A DNA stretch of 64,000 nt from Macrostomum lignano (Eukaryota), in assembly GCA_002269645.1 (NCBI GenBank), contig NIVC01002193.1, positions 62,001 through 126,000 of the forward strand, given 5' to 3'. Position numbers and translations under genes: made by a program. This document shows, one piece after another, positions 35,424 to 47,476 of this stretch; the stretch's first letter is position 1, and every line of letters begins with the position of its first letter. The notes below the pieces were generated by a model. The model had not been told where the DNA came from, did not search any database, and saw only the letters and a list, made by a program, of their open reading frames with translations.

Positions 35424-36578
35424 TCAGTTGTCGCCATCATTAGCCACGCCATAGTTGCCTAAATTGGCTATCAAAAATTGCCGGCACTCGTCACTGCGCT
35501 GATGATCGCCAAGATCTCGGCGCAGCAGGTTGCGATGACAGCCGGTACAGGACACCAGCTTGAATTGGCACTCTTGAGCCTCGTGAGTGCTCAGTTTCAT
35601 GTAGGGCATGATGTAGAGGCAGCCGCGAGATGAGTTCCAGCACTCGACAAACACGCAGCTCAGCTGCAGCCTCGCTTCCTGGTCGGGGCTGCACTCGTCC
35701 TGGTAGAGTTTGACAGCGCCTTGACAGGCGTGGTGCTTCCTGGCACCTGGAAGGTTAAAAATTATCATAAACGTTGATTGGATTGTCTGTGTATTTATTT
35801 ACATGTATATCTGGCACGGACTTTCTCGACAGTCTTACGCCATACGATACCCACAGCCCGATTGATTACTTGCGTCAGTTTCGTGTTATACGATACCCAA
35901 TGGAGAATAGTAAAAATTAAAACAGACATAGCCAATTGCAAAAATCCTACTGGTAGCTTACTAGAGCACGATCCTTATATTCACTTTAGTTTCACGATGC
36001 CTAATGAAAGCGTCAAAGAGACGGTCATCGGAACGAACAGGCGAAGTTGTTAGAGGGTACTGCAGAAGAAAGCAGCGAAGAAACAGGTGTTTGTGTTCTC
36101 TACTCCTTCTCCTTTCTCCTCTCTTCTCTCCTCTCTTCTCTCCTCTCCTCTCTCATCTTTCCTCTCCTACTCCAATTCCTTCCTCTCTGCTTTCTCTAGC
36201 AATTATATCTTTACATTGATATAATAACTACATTATCATTGGCCGGGATATCCCAATAATCCCGTCTATCTAGCTATCTATGCGATTTTAAATTTCATAG
36301 TAAATTGCGGTTATTTAATATCTCCAAATTAACTCGTTTACTTAAAATATGATTATCAATAATTTATCGAATTAAGATTTACCTGGACAGGGCAGCCTCT
36401 CCAAACAGGCCAATCGACCCCAGCAGAATCCGCACAAGCGACAGCCATGCGGCGTCTTAAAGGCCCCAAAGGCTGGCAGATGGCAGTCCGAACAGCTGGG
36501 AAGGCGCGAGCGGTCGGCCTCGTTGAGGCCAACTGTTCTTGGCGGAGGCCGCAGTCGATTTTGAATTGGATTTGGCAT
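35424..36578 (-). CDS. RING + TRAF-type zinc-finger protein without MATH domain, copy 1 (172 aa)
   Basis: Exon 1 36578-36383 (MPNPIQ...CSDCHLPAFGAFKTPHGCRLCGFC...LPCP-G|GTAAAT) plus exon 2 35746-35424 (TTCCAG|GT; ECWNSSRGC...H...EC...SCTGC...RRDLGDH...EC); phase 1 is consistent. Confidence 0.8.
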
Positions 36579-37369
36579 GGTGTCAATTTTTGCCAGTTTA
36601 CACGGATGCGGTATGCTGAGAATTTAATAAAGCAAAACTTTAGGTCCGGCGGCATAGCGAGATTTCGCTCCTATTTGGCTATTTATAGACTATTGTATTC
36701 GTATGGTATTGCTGGATTTACTGAAGTAATATGAAGTAGATCCACTATTGTTACACACAATCACGCCCTTATTTTTTTACAAAAGTAGACTCAAAATCTT
36801 TTTAGTTTGCTTTAAAATTAATTGTAAAGAATAATAGGGATAAATTTACTATTACTGATTGAAATTTGTAACGCCAATTTCAAGGTCATTATTCTTGCAC
36901 AAGAGCAAGCACATCGTTGGCTTCAGCATTGTCTACTGCCCCCTTACCCACCCCTGAGACAAGTCCGTTCACGTGACGCACGAAGTACTTAAATGTAAGT
37001 AGTAAATAAAAGCCTAATTTTAGAAACACCACGTTCGGCCCAGACGGCGCGGGCGCCCATGGATTCCCAAACCAGCAACTGGAATGGAGGGCTAAGACAG
37101 GGTTAAACTAAGACAGGAATTGAGAAAGTCAACTGCACTGTTATTGCATTTAGCATTTAACTAAAACTGGATGTTTCCAGGGCTCGCGGAACAGGGGGGG
37201 GGGGCAGCTGGCGTCTGGCGTTGAGAATGGGGCATTGACCCCTCTCAAATAATACTCAACTCCTGTTGACTGGTACATCCATTTAGAAGGTCAAGGGGTG
37301 AGACCTCTGAGAATGAATAAAAAAGTTTTTTTATTTAAAAAAACCACAAATATAAATTGCGACGTTAAA

Positions 37370-38010
37370 TTCTAGGCTGTGGCGTTAAAATCTAGACTGC
37401 GGCGCTAAAATCCAGGCTGTGGCGCTAAAATCTAGACTGTGGCGCTAAAATCTAGACTGTGGCGCTAAAATCTAGACTGCGGCGCTAAAATCCAGGCTGT
37501 GGCGCTAAATTCTAGACTGTGGCGCTAAAATCTAGACTGCGGCGCTAAATTCTAGACTGTGGCGCTAAAATCTAGACTGCGGTGCTAAAATCCAGGCTGT
37601 GGCGCTAAAATCCAGGCTGTGGCGCTAAAATCCAGGCTGTGGCGCTAAATTCCAGGCTGTGGCGCTAAATTCTAGACTGTGGCGCTAAAATCTAGACTGC
37701 GGCGCTAAAATCCAGGCTGTGGCGCTAAAATCCAGGCTGTGGCGCTAAATCCAGGCTGTGGCGCTAAATTCCAGGCTGTGGCGCTAAAATCTAGACTGCG
37801 GCGCTAAAATCCAGGCTGTGGCGCTAAAATCTAGACTGTGGCGCTAAAATCTAGACTGTGGCGCTAAAATCTAGACTGTGGCGCTAAAATCCAGACTGCG
37901 GCGTTAAAATTTAGATTGTGGCGCTAAAATGTAGACTGTAGCGTTAAAATGCAGTCTCTAGCGCTAAATCTCGACTTTGGCGCTAAAATTTAACCGATGG
38001 CGCTAATTCA
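37370..38010 (+). repeat. 20-bp minisatellite (~32 copies)
   Basis: Unit GGCGCTAAAATCTAGACTGT and variants. Confidence 0.95.
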
Positions 38011-38267
38011 GCGCTAATATCTTGTGTTCAGTGACTGCGGTCAGGAAACTGCAATGGGGTGCGTTTCTTTAGTTTGCAGCTATACTAGTCCATAAGACTT
38101 TTCTAGAAGTCCTTGAGCAATGCACAATTGTACATTCATAGCAGCAGCTATTTTACTAGGAAAATCCGACCTGTCTGCATTAATTCAATTTGTTCCATAT
38201 AAAGAACAGAGCCCAAATATCCTCTATATACTACTTCTAGTAATAATAAAATCTACTAATAATAATA

Positions 38268-38860
38268 ACCAGACTTTTGATTGCCAGACTTTTGATTGCC
38301 AGACTTTTGATTGCCAGACTTTTGATTGCCAGACTTTTGATTGCCAGACTTTTGACTACCAGACTTTTGACTGCCAGACTTTTGACTACCAGACTTTTGA
38401 CTGCCAGACTTTTGACTACCAGACTTTTGATTGCCAGACTTTTGACTACCAGACTTTTGACTGCCAGACATTTGACTTGCCAGACTTTGACTGCCAGACA
38501 TTTGACTACCAGACTTTTGACTGCCAGACTTTTGACGTGCCAGACTTTTGACTGCCAGACTTTTGACTGCCAGACTTTTGACTGACAGACTTTTGATTGC
38601 CAGACTTTTGACTGACAGACTTTTGATTGCCAGACTTGACTACCAGACTTTTGATTACCAGAAATAACAAGGCTCAGGGGGGAATTGCTAAGATAACAAG
38701 GCTCATGGGGGAAGTGCTAAGATAACAAGGCTCATGGGGGAAGTGCTAAGATAACAAGGCTCATGGGGGAATTGCTAAGATAACAAGGCTCATGGGGGAA
38801 GTGCTAAGATAACAAGGTTCGTATGGAAATTGCTTTGATATCAAGGCTCATATGGGGGTT
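38268..38860 (+). repeat. Adjacent 15-bp (38268-38662) and 29-bp (38663-38860) minisatellites
   Basis: Units CCAGACTTTTGATTG and GATAACAAGGCTCATGGGGGAAGTGCTAA. Confidence 0.9.
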
Positions 38861-39169
38861 GCTGAAATGCTGTGGCTCTCAGCAGGGTTATAGTTACGCT
38901 TAGGATTAAACCAAAAAAGGATTGCCCTGTCAACCGTAAGACTCATGAGGGAATTGTTGAGATGTCGAAGCTCATGAACGACTTGCTTAAATTCTGTGGC
39001 TCAGGAGGAATCGCAGGAATGTCAAGGCTCTTGGGAAATTTTTTTAAATCCAGTGGCTCAGGGCTCCTTGGAAAATCGCAGAGATGTAAAAACTCATGGG
39101 GGCAGTTTCCAAAATGCCGTTTATGTGGAGAATTGAAAATTAAAAAAATTGAAAATTCGAAGTTTAGTA

Positions 39170-39400
39170 GGGCCAGGCCCCCCAAGGCACAGACAGTGTA
39201 CATGCCTGACGATTAGAAAGTCAGGGCCGTGTACACCCTGTGTGAGCTGTGTATGACTGCGTGCCTGAGTGCAGTATTGGCGCTTGATATGTGCTCATGA
39301 GTCAGCGGAATGAGCAGAATTTATTCACCCCTGCTGTGCGACGATGTCGCCAAAAACGTTGCACCAGGGTGCACACAGCCCTCCTGCAATCGTTATTAAG
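39170..39400 (+). mobile_element. Headless fragment of the second SINE family
   Basis: CCCCAAGGCACAGACAGTGTACATGCCTGACGATTAGAAAGTCAGGGCC..TGTACACCCTGTGTGAG matches 15920-16000. Confidence 0.6.
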
Positions 39401-40552
39401 ACTGTTGTCCTGACGAAATGTATAGGACTGATTCTTTGATGAAGAAATTGCTGTACTCTAAAAGTTTTTTCTCAAGCCATTTCTTTGCAGCTCCCTATTA
39501 ACTTTCATACACGTACACGTAAAGGGCTTGAAAATGCTGAAACAGCTGATTGGGAACGTACGGCTCATGATGAGAGCTTGCGGGAGACGAAAATATCCAA
39601 GACCATTTTTTAGATCCTGGTCCATGATGACAACGCACGCCCGGATGTGCCAGTGGGGAACAGGGGGCCCAGCCAGAACCGGCATCCAGGTGGTGCCAAT
39701 TCTTGAACTTTAGGTAGATAAAATAGTTTTATTTTTGATAGAATCATAATTTCGTCTCCTTAGGGTTTTTGATAGTGCTTATTTCGAATTTGAGCTTTTT
39801 TTAGGTTGCTTCAACCCAACTATATAAGCTTAAAGCCAAACACCGGGGCATGGGGACTGGGGGGTTTCAGGGTAGGGAGATTCTTCATTGGGGATTGATA
39901 TTACGTTGATAATATGTGCATCTAATAATATGAATCATAATATGAAAATCACCCATCATAATCCATCATAATATGAACTATCCAAAACGATAACGAATTG
40001 ATTCAGTTGTCCTTGGCTATTGCCAAATCAATGGACACATTTACTTACAACTTAATGAGACAAACTTAACGATAACGAAGATCCACCGTTTAAAATGAAA
40101 GTTTAGTACCGGTACAAAGCCGAATGAACGCTAGAATCGTAGGAGACATGTGAGTTTCAGTGATCGTATATGAAACTTTATAGCTTGTATTTATTTCGCA
40201 TCTCGCAAAAAATTCGCAAAAACTCGCAATACTCGCAATAAATAAAATGCTGATGAGACTAATAAAATACTCGCAATAAAATTCGCAAAACTCGCAAACT
40301 TCGCAAAAACAAAAAAACTCGCAAAAAATTATCAAAACAGCCTGCACTACAAGCAATAGCACAGGTTTTTGTTTTTGTTTGTTAAATATTTATCGTGAAG
40401 TACTACTAAACTATTCAGTAGTGAAAAAAGCGCATGTTATACGTAGGTCGGTTTTTTAAACGAAAAATGTCGCCATTTTGCGTCATTTTGTTTTTTTTCC
40501 ACCGAGGAGACCACGGAGAGACAGACAGAAAAGGAGGAGCTGTTCTCTCGCA

Positions 40553-41388
40553 TCAGTTGTCGCCATTATTAGGCACGCCATAGTTGCCTAAATTGGCTAT
40601 CAAAATTTGCCGGCACTCGTCACTGCGCTTATGGTCGCCAAGATCTCGGCGCAGCAGGTTGCGATGACAGCCGGTGCAGGACACCAGCTTGAATTGGCAC
40701 TCTTGAGCCTCGTGAGTGCTCAGTTTTATATAGGGCATGATGTAGAGGCTGCCGCGAGATGAGTTCCAGCACTCAATAAACACGCCGCTCAGCTGCAGCC
40801 TTGCTTGCTGGTCGGGGCTGCACTCGTCCTGGTGAAATTTGACAGCGGTTTGACAGGCGTGATGCTTCCTGGCACCTGGAAGGTTAAAAATTGTCATAAC
40901 CGTTTATTGTTTGTATTTTTATTTACATTTATATCTGATATGGCCTTTCTCTACTGAGAGCATTACATTTGACATAATTGAATAATCTCTTGAATAATCT
41001 TTTAATGGATTTGCATAAATTATTTTGCTCCTTGCTTATTGGCCGCCCCGAATGGGGGCAGTAGATGGCCAGTCCACTATACTTAAATATTTTGTCTCTT
41101 TCTATCTAGCTATTTATGTGACTGTAACTTTCTTTGTAAATTTAATATCTCCAAAAGCAACTCGTTTACTTAAAATATGATTATCAATAATTTATCCAAT
41201 TAAGATTTACCTGGACAGGGCAGCCTCTCCAAACAGGCCAATCGACCCCAGCAGAATCCGCACAAGCGACAGCCATGCGGCGTCTTAAAGGCCCCAAAGG
41301 CTGGCAGATGGCAGTCCGAACAGCTGGGAAGGCGCGAGCGGTCGGCCTCGCTGAGGCGAACTGTTCTTGGCGGAGGTCGTATTCGCAT
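40553..41388 (-). CDS. RING + TRAF-type zinc-finger protein without MATH domain, copy 2 (166 aa)
   Basis: Exons 41388-41211 and 40875-40553. The MPNP start of copies 1 and 3 is deleted; an in-frame ATG gives MRIRPPPRT.... Confidence 0.72.
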
Positions 41389-41825
41389 GCTGAGAATTAA
41401 AACAGCAAACTGTGGGCTTCGGCGGCATAGCCTAATCACGCTCGTATTTATAGATATCAGTATTTTATACGGTACTGCTACTCGACTGGGATTGGCTATA
41501 GAAAATTCTAGAATGTTCTAAAACCTTGTAAACAGCCTTGCAGGGTGGGGAGGGGTCCGTTTACGCGACTCACAAAGTACTTTAGGACTGAAAAAATACT
41601 AATTTTAGAAACATCACGAGGTTTGGCCCAGACGACGACCATGGATTCCCAAACCAGCAACTGGAATGGAGACCAAGACAGAGCTAAACTAGGACGAGGA
41701 TTACGAAAGTCTACTGCACTGCTATTGCATTTAACTATACACTGTAAATGGATATAATTTGTTTCCAGTGGCCACGGAAAGTAGTGAAGAGGGCAAAAGG
41801 GGCAGCTGAGTCCTGGCATTGAGAT

Positions 41826-42477
41826 TAGGGGTCACAAAATCCCGGATTCTGTCCATCCCGGGATCCCGGGATTAGGAAATGTCGAATCCCGGGATCCCGG
41901 GATTGATATTTTTCGAGTACCATCCTTGTCGTAACATTGTTATAATAACGCTGCGAATTACTTTTTTTTATCACGTGACTAACGTGAGAACATTACTATG
42001 CAAAGCAATATGAATGTATTACATGTATTACATACTATGTAGTAGCACTAGCAGGATGCACATTGCAAAACAAATGCACATGACTCGTGGACGTGGTCGT
42101 GGAGTCGTTTGCCCATGGCATGAGGCACACTCACAAGGAGTCACAAGGACTCACAGTCACAACACAAGTCACAACCTACTACCGCCTGGGCATTCACGTT
42201 GTCACTTGTCAGTCTGGAGTCTGGACTCACGACTACGAGTTCAAACTTAAAAATCAAATCTCAACGTTAAATGATTTAAACAAGACTCAACTCAAACAAC
42301 ATTAAGACCTTACAAAGTGGGCAACGGAGAATGGACATGTATGCATGTATGTTCCATGTTTGAAATAACTGCCATTTTATGATAAAATACTTGCTATTAT
42401 ATCAGACATTATAAAAACATAACATTAACGTTCCGGGATTGAATCCCGACCCTGTGAATCCCGGGATGTGACCCATA
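41826..42477. mobile_element. 652-bp hAT-type MITE with 8-bp TSD
   Basis: TSD ATTGAGAT at 41818-41825 and 42478-42485; TIRs TAGGGGTCACA / TGTGACCCATA; subterminal ATCCCGGGAT palindromes. Absent from units 1 and 3. Confidence 0.85.
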
Positions 42478-42659
42478 ATTGAGATAGGGTCATTGACCTC
42501 TCTCAAATAATATTCAACTGCTGTCAGCTGGGGTATCTATCTAGAAGAGGTGGAGAGGTCAAGAGGAGAGGAGTGGTCAAAGACCCCGGTAGTTAATTAA
42601 AGAACTATTCTGTGATAAAAAGCCTAAAATCTAGTTTGATCTGCAACTTTCTATAAATC

Positions 42660-43240
42660 TGCTAGCTAAGTGTGGCGCGAATTCGATCTGCGCCAAAGCT
42701 GACTGCATTTTTGCATGGTTTGTTTCTCTGAATCTTTCTTAAATTTTTAATAAGCTTAACGAGTTTTAACATCATCATCTGCCATGGTGTGATGAAGTTA
42801 TGAAACCAACGGCTGTGATTTAAACCCAGATTTAGGTTTATATTATTAGAGGCAGGGGGCTGAGTACACCATGGTGCACTTCAAGCGACATTGACAAGCT
42901 GCGTTTCGTTGCCCATTAACTGCACTTTGAGATGCGTGTTATTGTCCATCGGTATATCGGTCACACAACCGGCGAGAGGCATTACTGCCAATTCCGCCGA
43001 CTCCCCTGAGCAGGCACACAAGCGAGCGGACACTGTACGTACGCAGTCATGCGCACAGCCACATACTCACACAGAAGAGAGGAGAGAGAAGAGGAGAGAT
43101 GCGAGGAGAGGGGAGAGGAGAGGAGATAGAAGAGGAGAGAAGAGGGGTGAAAGGAAAGGAGAGAAGTTTCAAAGGACCCGAGGACCGGATAGAGGCTTCG
43201 CGGGCTGTATGCGGATCGCGGGCCGGTGTTTGCCGACCCC
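42660..43240 (-). mobile_element. Partial SINE (42660-43075) joined to a hAT-like left end with GA tract (43075-43240)
   Basis: SINE body matches 32050-32335. Minus strand at 43240 reads CAGGGGTCGGCAAACACCGGCCCGCG. Confidence 0.6.
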
Positions 43241-43730
43241 TGGGCTATACTAACACGCTTATGCTATTGAGCTATTAGTAGAGCAATGAGCACATTACTT
43301 ACAACTTAATGAGACAGTTTTAACGAAGATTTTTAATTAAAAATAAAGTCTAATGAAAATGTAAATGGACGCTATATGCTCTTAAGTGAAATGAGAGTTT
43401 TCAAGAGATCGTATATGAAATTTTAGCTCGTATTTATTTCCTCGCAAATAATATAGGTGCAGGATAAAGTTCTACAAATGTAGAGTAGGAGTTAATGAAG
43501 AAAAGAATTTGATGCGACAGAGTTACACTACACGTGACTGTATAGGATTTTTTATCAGGAGAAATAATCGTGAAATACTACTAACTAAATTATTAAGTAG
43601 CGAAAAAGCGCATGTTATACGTAGGTCGGTTATTTAAACGAAAAATGTCGCCATTTTGCGTCATTTTGCTTTTTTTCCACCGAGGAGACCACGGAGAGAC
43701 AGACAGAAAAGTAGGAGCTGTTCTCTCGCA

Positions 43731-44862
43731 TCAGTTGTCGCCATCATTAGGCACACCATAGTTGCCTAAATTGGCTATCAAAATTTGCCGGCACTCGTCA
43801 CTGCGCTGATGATCGCCAAGATCTCGGCGCAGCAGGTTGCGATGACAGCCGGTGCAGGACACCAGCTTGAATTGGCACTCTTGAGCCTCGTGAGTGCTCA
43901 GTTTCATATAGGGCATGATGTAGAGGCAGCCGGACGATGAGTTCCAGCACTCAATAAACACGCCGCTCAGCTGCAGCCTCGCTTCCTGGTCGGGGCTGCA
44001 CTCGTCCTGGTGGAATTTGACAGCGCCTCGACAGGCGTGGTGCTTCCTGGCACCTGGAAGTTGAAAAATGACCACAAACGTTTATTGCATGGATTGTCTG
44101 CATATTTATTTACATGTACATCTGGCCCGGCCTTTCTCTAACGAGTGCATTACACTTGACACAATTGAATTATCCCGAAGGGGGCACTAGATGGCCAGTC
44201 CACTATACTAAAATATTTTACGAAGAGCTTGCGTGCACGGCCGCCGTTCACGTAAGCTCAGAATTGCGTGCACGGCAGAGCTATATCTTATAGGCTTATA
44301 CAGTAAGTCATATACTATTCGAATTAATATTCAAGTTAACAAAAAAACAATGAATTAAGATTACATTTGCAGTCCATGGTGTACGGGGGATAAAACATTA
44401 TAAAACAATATAGTAAAAATATTTTTTAATTAGGTTTGCCAATGCCAATGCGTGGATTTAAGGGCCCCAGTCCCGGCCAATTGCCGGCTGCCGTGCACGC
44501 AATTACAACACTAGGTGTACGGCTGCATACATGCAAATAAAGCACTAGGTAGATAGCCGCCGTGCACGCAATTCTGAGCTTACGTGAACGGCTGCCGTGC
44601 ACATCTACAAAAGCAACTCGTTTACTTAAAATATGATTATCAATAATTTATCCAATTAAGATTTACCTGGACAGGGCAGCCTCTCCAAACAGGCCAATCG
44701 ACCCCAGCAGAATCCGCACAAGCGACAGCCATGCGGCGTCTTAAAGGCCCCAAAGGCTGGCAGATGGCAGTCCGAACAGCTGGGAAGGCGCGAGCGGTCG
44801 GCCTCGCTGAGGCCAACTGTTCTTGGCGGAGGCCGCAGTCGATTTGGAATGGGGTTTGGCAT
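43731..44862 (-). CDS. RING + TRAF-type zinc-finger protein without MATH domain, copy 3 (172 aa)
   Basis: Exons 44862-44667 and 44053-43731, with the same splice sites as copy 1. Confidence 0.8.
44225..44602. mobile_element. MITE with ~44-bp inverted repeats in the intron of TRAF-like copy 3
   Basis: GTGCACGGCCGCCGTTCACGTAAGCTCAGAATTGCGTGCACGGC (44233-44276) matches the reverse complement of 44559-44602 with one mismatch. It replaces ~55 bp present in the copy 2 intron. Confidence 0.8.
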
Positions 44863-45409
44863 GACGCCAATTGCTGCGGGTTTCGACGGCTGCGGTATGC
44901 TGAGAATTTAATGAAGCAAAACTGCTGGGCTCCGGCGTCATGGACATCAGTATTTTATACGGTACTGCTGTTCGACTGGGATTGGCTATGGAAAATTCTA
45001 GAATGTTCTTCATCTTTCTTCGCAAACAGCTTGACAGGGAGGAGAGAGAAGTCCGTTCACATGACTCACGTATTATTTAAGTAGTGAAAAATAATAAACT
45101 GCACCTAATTTTAGAAACATCACGAGGTTTGGTTCCAGACGGCGACCATGGATTCCCTAACAAGCAACTGGAATGGAAACTAAGACCAAGGGCTAAACAG
45201 GACAGGGATTACGAAAGTCTACCGCACTGTTATTGCAAATTAACTAAAACTGCATGGATGCAATATTTTGTTTCCAGGGGTCGCGGAACAGGGGAGAAAG
45301 GGGGCAGCTGAATGGGGCACTGACCCATCTCAAATAATGCTCAACTGTTGTTGACTTGTGTATAAGAAGGTCAAAGGGATCAAAGACTATTATAAGCACG
45401 ATTAAAAAC

Positions 45410-46070
45410 CTAAAATCTAGACTGTGGCGCTAAAATCTAAGCTGTGGCGCAAAAATCCAGGCTGTGACACTAAAATTTAAACGGTGACGCTAAAAGCAAA
45501 ACTGTGGGGCTAAAATCTAGGCTGTGGCGCAAAAATCCAGGCTGTGACACTAAAATTTAAACGGTGACGCTAAAAGCAAAACTGTGGGGCTAAAATCTAA
45601 GCTGTGGCGCAAAAATCCAGGCTGTGACACTAAAATTTAAACGGTGACGCTAAAAGCAAAACTGTGGGCTAAAATCTAGGCTGTGGCGCAAAAATCCAGG
45701 CTGTGACACTAAAATTTAAACGGTGACGCTAAAAGCAAAACTGTGGGGCTAAAATCTAGGCTGTGGCGCAAAAATCCAGGCTGTGACACTAAAATTTAAA
45801 CGGTGACGCTAAAAGCAAAACTGTGGGGCTAAAATCTAGGCTGTGGCGCAAAAATCCAGGCTGTGACACTAAAATTTAAACGGTGACGCTAAAAGCAAAA
45901 CTGTGGGGCTAAAATCTAAGCTGTGGCGCAAAAATCCAGGCTGTGACACTAAAATTTAAACGGTGACGCTAAAAGCAAAACTGTGGGGCTAAAATCTAGG
46001 CTGTGGCGCTAAAACCTAGGCTGTAGCACTCAAACATGGACTGTGGCGCTAATTCGGCGCTAATATTTAG
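45410..46070 (+). repeat. 80-bp higher-order repeat built from four 20-bp monomers (~7 copies)
   Basis: TAAAATCTAGGCTGTGGCGC-AAAAATCCAGGCTGTGACAC-TAAAATTTAAACGGTGACGC-TAAAAGCAAAACTGTGGGGC, period 80 (45431, 45511, ...). Confidence 0.92.
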
Positions 46071-47134
46071 TGTTAAGTGACTGCGATCAGGAAACTGCAA
46101 TGGGGTGCGTTTCTTTAGTTTGCAGCTACTAGTCCATAAGACTTTTCTAGAAGTCGTTGAGCAATGTACAATTGTACATTCATAGCAGCAGCGGTTTTAC
46201 TCGGAAAATCCGACCCTGTCTACATTAATTCAATTTGTTCCATATAAAGAACAGAGCCCAAATATCCTTGATATACTACTTCTAGTAATAAAAACAGTAT
46301 AAACGATACAGAATAAAAATGAAGAATGTCTTCTGTCTTACTTGGCACGATTGAAAATTTTCCGGTTGTCAATCGGGGGATTTCGAATAGGAAGTTTGTA
46401 AAAACTGCGAGAATGCTGCTTTTTAGTGCTTTGTATACAATGTAGTTTAATAGAATTGACTGACGGACGGAGGTGAAATGTTCGATCACTGCGTGTAAAA
46501 TTGATTTTATTTGCCACGTTGCAGGAAACAACATACTCACCCGGCAGTGTGCACTGAGAAATGAAAGATCGAAATACAATAATAAAAAGCATAAAGTTTA
46601 TGGCTAGCGTAGGTAGGTTTGGGTTATCGTTTAACCATCAGACTTTGGTTTATATGAAGAAATTGCCGTACTCTAAAAGTTTTTTCTCAAGCCATTTCTT
46701 TGCAGCTCCCTATTAACTTTCATACATGTACCCTGAGGCTACACTACGCTATTTATTGAGGGCTTGAAAATAGTGAAACAGCTGATTGAGAACGTACGGC
46801 TAATGGTGAAAGTGAGCTTGCAAAAGAGACGAAAATATCCAAGATCATTGTTGATACCCATGACAGAGAACTAGACAATGGTCAGTCTATGACGTCATCA
46901 GCCGATACTTCAGTATCGATCACAGAAAATCAATAAATTTGACAAATACTCAAAAGAAAACAATGGTAGCATTTTCATTCCAGCCAACAATTTGTTCGCC
47001 ACAAAGACCAAACCTTGCGCGCGGCTAAACTTGGTTTATTAAACCGTCAGATCAACATTTCAAGACACGTTTTTGCTATCATATTTTTGACAGTTAGACG
47101 GGAATCGATAGAAACTTGAATCAGTTAACAGTTA

Positions 47135-47476
47135 TTAGCCGAACAGATCGAAGCCCATGTCATCGTCGGACTCGGACTCCGGCTCCGGCTCCTTGGCTTT
47201 GCTCGCTGCCGGCTCTACGGCGGCTGCAGCGGCAACCGGAGCGGCGGCTCCAGCGGCGGGGGCGGAGCCAACAGAGGAGCCAACGTTGGACAGCAGGTCC
47301 TTGACCTTCACGCCGCTGAGCGCCCGGGCGAACATGTTTGGCCAAAACGGCTCGACAGTGACGCCGGCGGCCTTCAGAATGGCGGAGATCTTGTCGCCGG
47401 TCACTTCAACATCGTCGTCAGCCAGAATGAGGGCCGCATAGGTGCAGGCCATTTCGCTCAGGTTCTCGGCAGACAT
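47135..47476 (-). CDS. RPLP1: 60S acidic ribosomal protein P1 (intronless, 113 aa)
   Basis: [44 protein letters not shown], Ala-rich hinge, acidic tail [12 protein letters not shown]. Confidence 0.95.
   Translation of the reverse strand: MSAENLSEMACTYAALILADDDVEVTGDKISAILKAAGVTVEPFWPNMFARALSGVKVKDLLSNVGSSVGSAPAAGAAAPVAAAAAVEPAASKAKEPEPESESDDDMGFDLFG

Noticed and set aside
35424-35426. TRAF-like terminal TGA as a second Sec or readthrough site
   Set aside because: The downstream frame is not conserved among the three copies and no SECIS-like structure was seen.
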